In this document: positions 57,588 to 64,000 of the stretch, in pieces
How positions within the stretch are numbered: position 1 is the stretch's first letter
How the letters are laid out: every line of letters begins with the position of its first letter
Program-made: the position numbers and the translations under genes
Assembly (NCBI GenBank): GCA_963700855.1
Contig: CAVOYV010000005.1
Coordinates: forward strand, 242,448-306,447
DNA: 64,000 nt
Reading direction: 5' to 3'
From: an uncultured Actinomycetes bacterium
Lineage (GTDB): Bacteria > Actinomycetota > UBA4738 > HRBIN12
Notes under the pieces: generated by a model
Told to the model about the DNA's origin: nothing
The model's input: the letters and a program-made list of their open reading frames with translations, nothing else
Database searches by the model: none

Positions 57588-57895
57588 GGTTCGTCCTCGA
57601 CCTCCCGCAGGCTCTCCTCGAGCCACGGGAGCCGCTCCTCGGGAGGACCGAACCGGTGTGGTCGGATCCAGGCCATGTACTCCTCGGTGGTGCGGAAGGA
57701 GCGCACCTCCTCGACGCCTTCGTACCGCAAGAGACCCCGAAGCTGCTCGAAGGCATCGTCTGGGACCTGCTTCACCGCGACGAGTCGGCCCGACTCCTCG
57801 TCGAAGTCCAAGACGTCGCCTGGTTCGATGCCGAGCGAGTCCCGCAGCGGCTTCGGGATCGTGACCTGACCCTTCTCGCTGACCTTCGCCTTCAT
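57584..57895 (-). CDS. AbrB/MazE/SpoVT-family antitoxin
   Basis: MKAKVSEKGQVTIPKPLRDSLGIEPGD; GTGA overlap with the toxin gene. Confidence 0.9.
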   Translation of the reverse strand: MKAKVSEKGQVTIPKPLRDSLGIEPGDVLDFDEESGRLVAVKQVPDDAFEQLRGLLRYEGVEEVRSFRTTEEYMAWIRPHRFGPPEERLPWLEESLREVEDEP

Positions 57896-57901
57896 ACGGA
57901 C

Positions 57902-57931
57902 ATGGTAGGACTTCCTACTTCTGATTCCTAC
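57902..57931 (-). promoter_or_regulatory. TA promoter -10 with inverted-repeat operator
   Basis: TACCAT (minus strand, 57907-57902) six nt before the ATG; GTAGGA-CT-TCCTAC at 57905-57918; extra TTCCTAC half-site at 57925-57931. Confidence 0.65.
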
Positions 57932-58000
57932 CCCTGCTTCCGCTCGGCCCATGCCGGTAGAATCGCCGAGCCACGGGCCCAGGACCGTGATCGAGGTCAC

Positions 58001-58876
58001 ATGCTGAGACTGGTCATCCCGAAGGGGTCCCTCGAGGCCCAGACGCTCCGCCTGTTCGAGGAGGCGGATCTGCGCGTACGCCGTGGCTCGGACCGCGACT
58101 ACCACGGCACGATCGACGACGATCGGGTCGAGCGCGTCTCGATCCTGCGGCCGCAGGAGATCCCGCTCTACGTCCAGGACGGCCTGTTCGATCTGGGGAT
58201 CACCGGTCAGGACTGGATCGCCGAGACCGGCGCCGACCTCGAGGTCCTGACGGCGCTCACCTACGCGAAGAGCGGCACCGGTCACGGCACGAAGATCGTC
58301 CTGGCCGTCCCGAACGAGCACCCGGCGAACTCGGCCAGGGAGATCCCACCGGGAACGCGGATCTCGACGGAGTTCGTCCACCTCACGGAGAAGCACTTCG
58401 CCGACCTGGGGATCGACGTCAGGGTGAGCTGGTCGTTCGGCGCGACCGAGGCGAAGGTGCCCGAGATCGTCGACGCGATCGTCGACGTCACCGAGACCGG
58501 GAGCACGCTGCGCGCTCACGGGATGAAGATCATCGACACGCTGCTGACGAGCGACCCGGTCCTGGTCGCGAACCGTGAGTCCGCGGCCGACCCCGAGAAG
58601 CGCGCGGCGATGGAGGACCTGGTCACGCTGCTCCGTGGTGCGCTCGAGGCGGAGGGGCGCGTGCTGATCAAGCTCAACGTCTCGTCAGACCACCGGGATA
58701 CCGTGCTCGCGGTGCTTCCGGCGATGAAGGCCCCCACCGTGTCGTCGCTCGCCGACGGGGGGCTCGCGATCGAAGCGGTCGTCGACAAGCGCGGCGTCAA
58801 CCGCCTGATCCCCCAACTCAAGGCCGCGGGTGCCAGCGACATCCTCGAGATCCCGATCTCGAAGATCGTTCCGTAG
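58001..58876 (+). CDS. hisG: ATP phosphoribosyltransferase (long form)
   Basis: PKGSL, RPQEIP.YV, DLGITG.DW..E, GATE, D.TETGSTL; C-terminal regulatory domain (PTVS.L...GA.DILE). Confidence 0.96.
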   Translation: MLRLVIPKGSLEAQTLRLFEEADLRVRRGSDRDYHGTIDDDRVERVSILRPQEIPLYVQDGLFDLGITGQDWIAETGADLEVLTALTYAKSGTGHGTKIVLAVPNEHPANSAREIPPGTRISTEFVHLTEKHFADLGIDVRVSWSFGATEAKVPEIVDAIVDVTETGSTLRAHGMKIIDTLLTSDPVLVANRESAADPEKRAAMEDLVTLLRGALEAEGRVLIKLNVSSDHRDTVLAVLPAMKAPTVSSLADGGLAIEAVVDKRGVNRLIPQLKAAGASDILEIPISKIVP

Positions 58877-58907
58877 CCACGACCGCGCTAGGCTCGGGTC
58901 CTTCCCG

Positions 58908-60175
58908 ATGCGCCGGTCCCCCGTCATCGCTCTCGTCGTGCTGCTCGTGGCGGCATCCCCGACCGTCGCCGATCCCGGCGACCTCGACCGGTCGTTCTCG
59001 GAGGACGGCATCGCCACCGCCTTCGCGAGCGGGAGCATCGCGACCGCGGTCGCGGTGGACCCCGCCGGACGGATCGTCGTCGCGGGATACACCCTCACCG
59101 GCGGGGTCGACGTGGCGATCGCCCGGTTCCTGCCCGACGGCTCCCGCGACTCGGCGTTCGGTGGCGGCGACGGACGCGTCCGGATCGACGTCGGCGCGAA
59201 CGACTACGGGATGGACATCGTCACGCTCTCCGACGGGGGGGTGGCGGTCGCCGGCGTCAGCATCGGCACGCGGAGCGAGCGCGATCTCCCGTTCGTGGTC
59301 CGCGTCGGCCCGCGGGGAGCGCGCAGCGGGTCCTTCGGCAGCGTCGGCGTCGTGATCGTCGACTTCGAGCGGCCGTCGCAAGCCGCGAACGCCATCGCCG
59401 TGACGCCCCGCGGACGCCTCGTCGTCGGAGGGTTCGCGTCGAACGGGACCACGACGCGGTCCGCGGTGGCGCGACTCCTGCCGGATGGTCGGCGCGACCG
59501 GTCGTTCGCAGGCGACGGACGGCTGCTGATCGACCTGTCCGACGGATCGGAGGCCGTCCACGACCTGCTCGTCCTCCCGGATGGACGGATCGTGCTGGCC
59601 GGCGAGGCCGACGTCGGGGTCCAGCCGAGGTTCCTACTCGCGCGGCTCCTCGGGTCGGGCGAGCGTGACACGACGTTCGGACTCTCGAACGGCATGACCC
59701 GCACCGATGTCGCGCCGGGCGCCGATGTCGCCCTCGCGCTCACGCGGCAGGCCGACGGGAAGTACGTCCTCGCAGGACGTGCCGCGAACTCCGGGCGACA
59801 GGACTGGGGGGTCGCGAGGTACGGGATCCGGGGGCGTCCCGACGACACGTTCGTCGGAGGCGGCGCCAGGGTGATCCGGTTCACCGACGCCACCGAGGAG
59901 GCGACCGACGTGATCGCGCAGGGCCGCCGGCTGCTCGTGGTCGGGCGCGCTCACGGGGCGGGCACGCTCGACCTCGCGGTGGCCCGGCTCAAGAGCGGGG
60001 GGCGCTCGACCCCACGTTCGGCGCGGGCGACGGTCTGGTGACCGTCGACGTCGTCGGTGCGACCGACGCCGCGCGTGCGGTCGCGCTACAGGAGAACGGA
60101 CGGATCGTGCTCGCAGGCGAGAGCTGGATCGAGCGGACCCCGCGCTTCCTCGTGGTCCGGATGCGCGCGGCGTGA
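58908..60175 (+). CDS. Secreted delta-60-repeat beta-propeller protein, frameshifted near 60000
   Basis: Signal peptide; repeats 'D.SF..DG...A.A....DG.IV.AG...ARL'. ORF stops at 60041 but the repeat continues in a shifted frame to TGA at 60175. Confidence 0.82.
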
Positions 60176-60258
60176 CGGGTCGTGAGACGGCAGCCATCGA
60201 GTCCCCCCGGCGACGGATTGACCTGGGTACCCCCCGTCTGGCAGACTCCGTGGGGTGT

Positions 60259-60274
60259 TTGAACGAGCGTTCAA
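60259..60274. promoter_or_regulatory. Palindromic operator upstream of aceA
   Basis: TTGAACG-AG-CGTTCAA downstream of a putative TTGACC...CAGACT promoter. Confidence 0.55.
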
Positions 60275-60390
60275 CGACGTAGGTACCTAACGGCGCGCGG
60301 GCCAGCTGGCCCTCCGCGCGCCCTCGACCCTTCGACACGATGTCGGAGGGTCTTCCATTTCCCGAGCAGCACGATCGGAGGGAGCAGGAG

Positions 60391-61674
<1,284 letters not shown>

Positions 61675-61734
61675 GCGGACGGCGTTCAGCTCACCCCGAA
61701 CACCGTTCGATCGAGGCCGTGTGCTGGGCCGGCC

Positions 61735-62910
61735 TCACAGCTCGCTGTCGACGGCCCGTAGGAACGGCGCGGCGGCGGCGCCCATGGTGGCGCCGCCGTC
61801 GCTGGTCAGCAGCACGACGCAGGCCTGGGAGCGGGGCAGGTAGACCATCATCGCGATGTAGCCGAACCCGCTTCCCCCGTGGCCGTAGTGCTCGAGACCG
61901 TCGAGGTCCGGCAGGTGGAAGACGCCAACGCCGAGCCCGTATCCGGCGGCGACCGGCTCGGCCGGGTCGTCAACCGGTCGGAAGTCGAGCATGGCGGCCA
62001 GCGACTCGTCGCTCACCAGCGCCCGGTCGTGGAAGAGGCCCTGGCAGAAGCGGGCGAGGTCGAGAGCGTTGCTGTAGACCGGCGCGTCCTTGAGGTCCTC
62101 GAACGCGGTCTTGGGGATGGCGGTGATGTCGTCGTAGTTGGTGTCGCCGTCGAGGTCGTACCACTCATGGGCGACCGGGGTGTCCTTCGGGATGGGCCAG
62201 GTGGGTGTGAGCCACATGCCGTCGATCTCGAGCGGATCGAGCAGCCGCGTCTGGATCAGCTCGGCGATCGGCTTCCCGGTCTGCAGGGTAAGGACCTCGC
62301 GCGCGAGCCGGAACCCGGTCGTCGAGTACCGCCACTCGGTTCCGGGAGGGAACTCTCCCTTCCCGACGAGCTCGGTGAGCATGTCGTCGACGGTCCAGGA
62401 GCGGGCGAGCCATGCCCTCGACGCGTCGACCCCCCTCTGGAACGGTGAGGACGGGTGGTCGACCCACTCGGGGATGCCGCTGGTGCTGGCGACCAGCTCT
62501 CGCAGGGTGATGCGGGGGTCGAGCTGCGGATAGCCGGAGATCCACCTGCTGAGCGGATCGTCGAGGCTGACGACTCCCTCGTCCACCAGCTGCATGAGCA
62601 GCGTGGTCACGAACGTCTTGCCGACGCTGCCGATCTCGAAGAGCATGTCGGGGGTCATCGGGATCATCGGGCTCCCGCTCTTCACCGAGTACCCGGCGGC
62701 ACCCGTCCACGGTTCGTGGCCCTCAGCCACCACCGCGGCGGTCACGCCTGCCTCGTTGCTGGCGATCACCGCCTCGTCGAGGATCTGCTGCAGTTCGTCG
62801 GCGACGTCGACCTCCCGGGGCGGGCCGGCACTTCGATCACCGCCACACGCGGCAAGCAGAAGCGCCAACGCAGCCGCACGCAACGCCTTCGGCACCAGCC
62901 TCACGCCCAT
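61735..62910 (-). CDS. Serine hydrolase lipoprotein (D-Ala-D-Ala carboxypeptidase/beta-lactamase-like)
   Basis: Lipobox LAAC; IGSVGK; HGG; RBS GGAGG. Confidence 0.88.
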   Translation of the reverse strand: MGVRLVPKALRAAALALLLAACGGDRSAGPPREVDVADELQQILDEAVIASNEAGVTAAVVAEGHEPWTGAAGYSVKSGSPMIPMTPDMLFEIGSVGKTFVTTLLMQLVDEGVVSLDDPLSRWISGYPQLDPRITLRELVASTSGIPEWVDHPSSPFQRGVDASRAWLARSWTVDDMLTELVGKGEFPPGTEWRYSTTGFRLAREVLTLQTGKPIAELIQTRLLDPLEIDGMWLTPTWPIPKDTPVAHEWYDLDGDTNYDDITAIPKTAFEDLKDAPVYSNALDLARFCQGLFHDRALVSDESLAAMLDFRPVDDPAEPVAAGYGLGVGVFHLPDLDGLEHYGHGGSGFGYIAMMVYLPRSQACVVLLTSDGGATMGAAAAPFLRAVDSEL

Positions 62911-63156
62911 CGCGGCCTCCTGTCGCCATGAGCATGCGCCAGATCACCGCCGAACGCATCCGCGAGGCCACAAACCTGCGGCTCGGGACGACTGACTACC
63001 CTGCACGGACGAGGTCGATAACAGCCTGAACGGGCGATCCGTCATCCGAGCGAACGAATCGCGAGATCGCGTGGCTACTCGTCCTCGGGATCATGAGTCA
63101 GCCCTCGTCGAGGACGCCGGTCGCAAGGCGAAGGAGACCCTCAAGAACGCGACGAA

Positions 63157-63369
63157 CTAGGGACGCTCGTCCGCAAGCACCACGCTCTGGAAGCCGACGC
63201 GCCTGTGGGAGGAGTCGCAGAAGGGCTTGGTCTCGGAGTGACCACACCGGCACAGCCAGACCTCGTCCCCTTCCAGGGTGTAGGGGTTCCCCTCTGAGTC
63301 GACCAGCGTGATCGGACCGCTCACCTGATACGAGCCGTTCTTCGTGACCTTGATCGTGACCTCGCTCAT
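63157..63369 (-). CDS. Small CDGSH iron-sulfur protein
   Basis: LCRCGHSETKPFCDSSH; RBS GGAGG. Confidence 0.9.
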   Translation of the reverse strand: MSEVTIKVTKNGSYQVSGPITLVDSEGNPYTLEGDEVWLCRCGHSETKPFCDSSHRRVGFQSVVLADERP

Positions 63370-63436
63370 CGGAACCTCCCATGGGACGCGGACGACGGCA
63401 TCCTACCGACCGTCGCCCGGACGGTAGGCTCGGGTC

Positions 63437-64000
63437 ATGCAGAGGCTCCACGGGGCGATCGCGGCCGCAGCGACCCCGCTGCGTGACGGCGGGACGCGGA
63501 TCGACGAGCTGGGCGTCGAGCGGCTCGTCGGCTTCCTGGCCGAGGGGGGAGTCGACGGCTTGCTGGCGTGCGGGACGACCGGCGAGGGCATGCTCCTGTC
63601 CCCCGACGAGCGGCGCCGTCTGGTCGACCTGATGATGGCCGCGCGCCCGCAGGGGTTCCTGATCGCGGTCCACGCAGGCGCACAGACGACGGCCGACACC
63701 GTGGCGCTCGCCGGACACGCCCAGCAGGTCGGGGCGGACGCCGTCGCGGTGATCGCGCCCCCGTACTTCCCGCTCGACGACGACGAGCTGTTCCGCCACC
63801 TGCACGGCGCCGCGAGCGCCGCCGACCCGCTGCCGTTCTACGTCTACGAGTTCGCAGGGCGTAGCGGCTACCGGATCCCGATCCCGGTGGTCGAGCGTCT
63901 GCGTGCGGCCGCGCCGAACGTCGTGGGGATGAAGGTGTCCGACGCGCCGTTCGACGAGGTGCGTCCGTACCTGCTCCCCGGGCTCGATGTCTTCATCGGG
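63437..64000 (+). CDS. Dihydrodipicolinate synthase / N-acetylneuraminate lyase family (runs off window end)
   Basis: Manual translation: MQRLHGAIAAAATP...CGTTGEG..LS..ER...GADAVAVIAPPYF...VYE...GMKVS. Confidence 0.88.
   Translation, partial: MQRLHGAIAAAATPLRDGGTRIDELGVERLVGFLAEGGVDGLLACGTTGEGMLLSPDERRRLVDLMMAARPQGFLIAVHAGAQTTADTVALAGHAQQVGADAVAVIAPPYFPLDDDELFRHLHGAASAADPLPFYVYEFAGRSGYRIPIPVVERLRAAAPNVVGMKVSDAPFDEVRPYLLPGLDVFIG

Noticed and set aside
61697-61709. CGAAC-ACC-GTTCG as an SOS box
   Set aside because: The spacer is 3 nt rather than 4, and the site lies between convergent gene ends
62911-63156. Short ORFs in the spacer between the hydrolase and the CDGSH gene
   Set aside because: No RBS, atypical codons and no recognisable motif

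Overview
64-kb chromosomal segment of a high-GC actinobacterium (GC about 70% by eye). The assignment rests on the fhaA-fhaB-pstP-rodA-pbpA-pknB cluster beside tRNA-Leu(CAG), the coproporphyrin-dependent heme genes hemE-hemH-hemY-hemQ plus hemL, and many apparently leaderless promoters. Core genes also include hisDCBHAFI and hisG, aceA, thyX, ppk2, a UvrD-like helicase, msrA, bcp, yaaA, speB, tRNA-Ser(TGA) and a serS broken by many lesions that look like sequencing error. No CRISPR array, integrase, transposase or prophage was seen. The most interesting observations are: (1) a signalling locus around tRNA-Ser with no catalytic output (an 8-PAS-only protein, a TM-GAF protein ending where a kinase would start, and a lone receiver upstream of the heme operon); (2) a 40-nt internally deleted tRNA-Leu copy ending in CCA between two adenylate cyclase/STAND genes; (3) a DUF4446-bactofilin-serS operon; (4) a serine hydrolase-2H phosphoesterase fusion; (5) a CDGSH pair with a His-less variant; (6) a Cys-rich ferrochelatase insert; (7) several readable operators (SOS box, ARE-like box, TetR pair, shared TTGAAC-N4-RTTCAA); (8) an unannotated 54-aa membrane protein coupled to hisD and a VapBC pair inside the his cluster. 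All calls come from motif recognition by eye; no searches were run.
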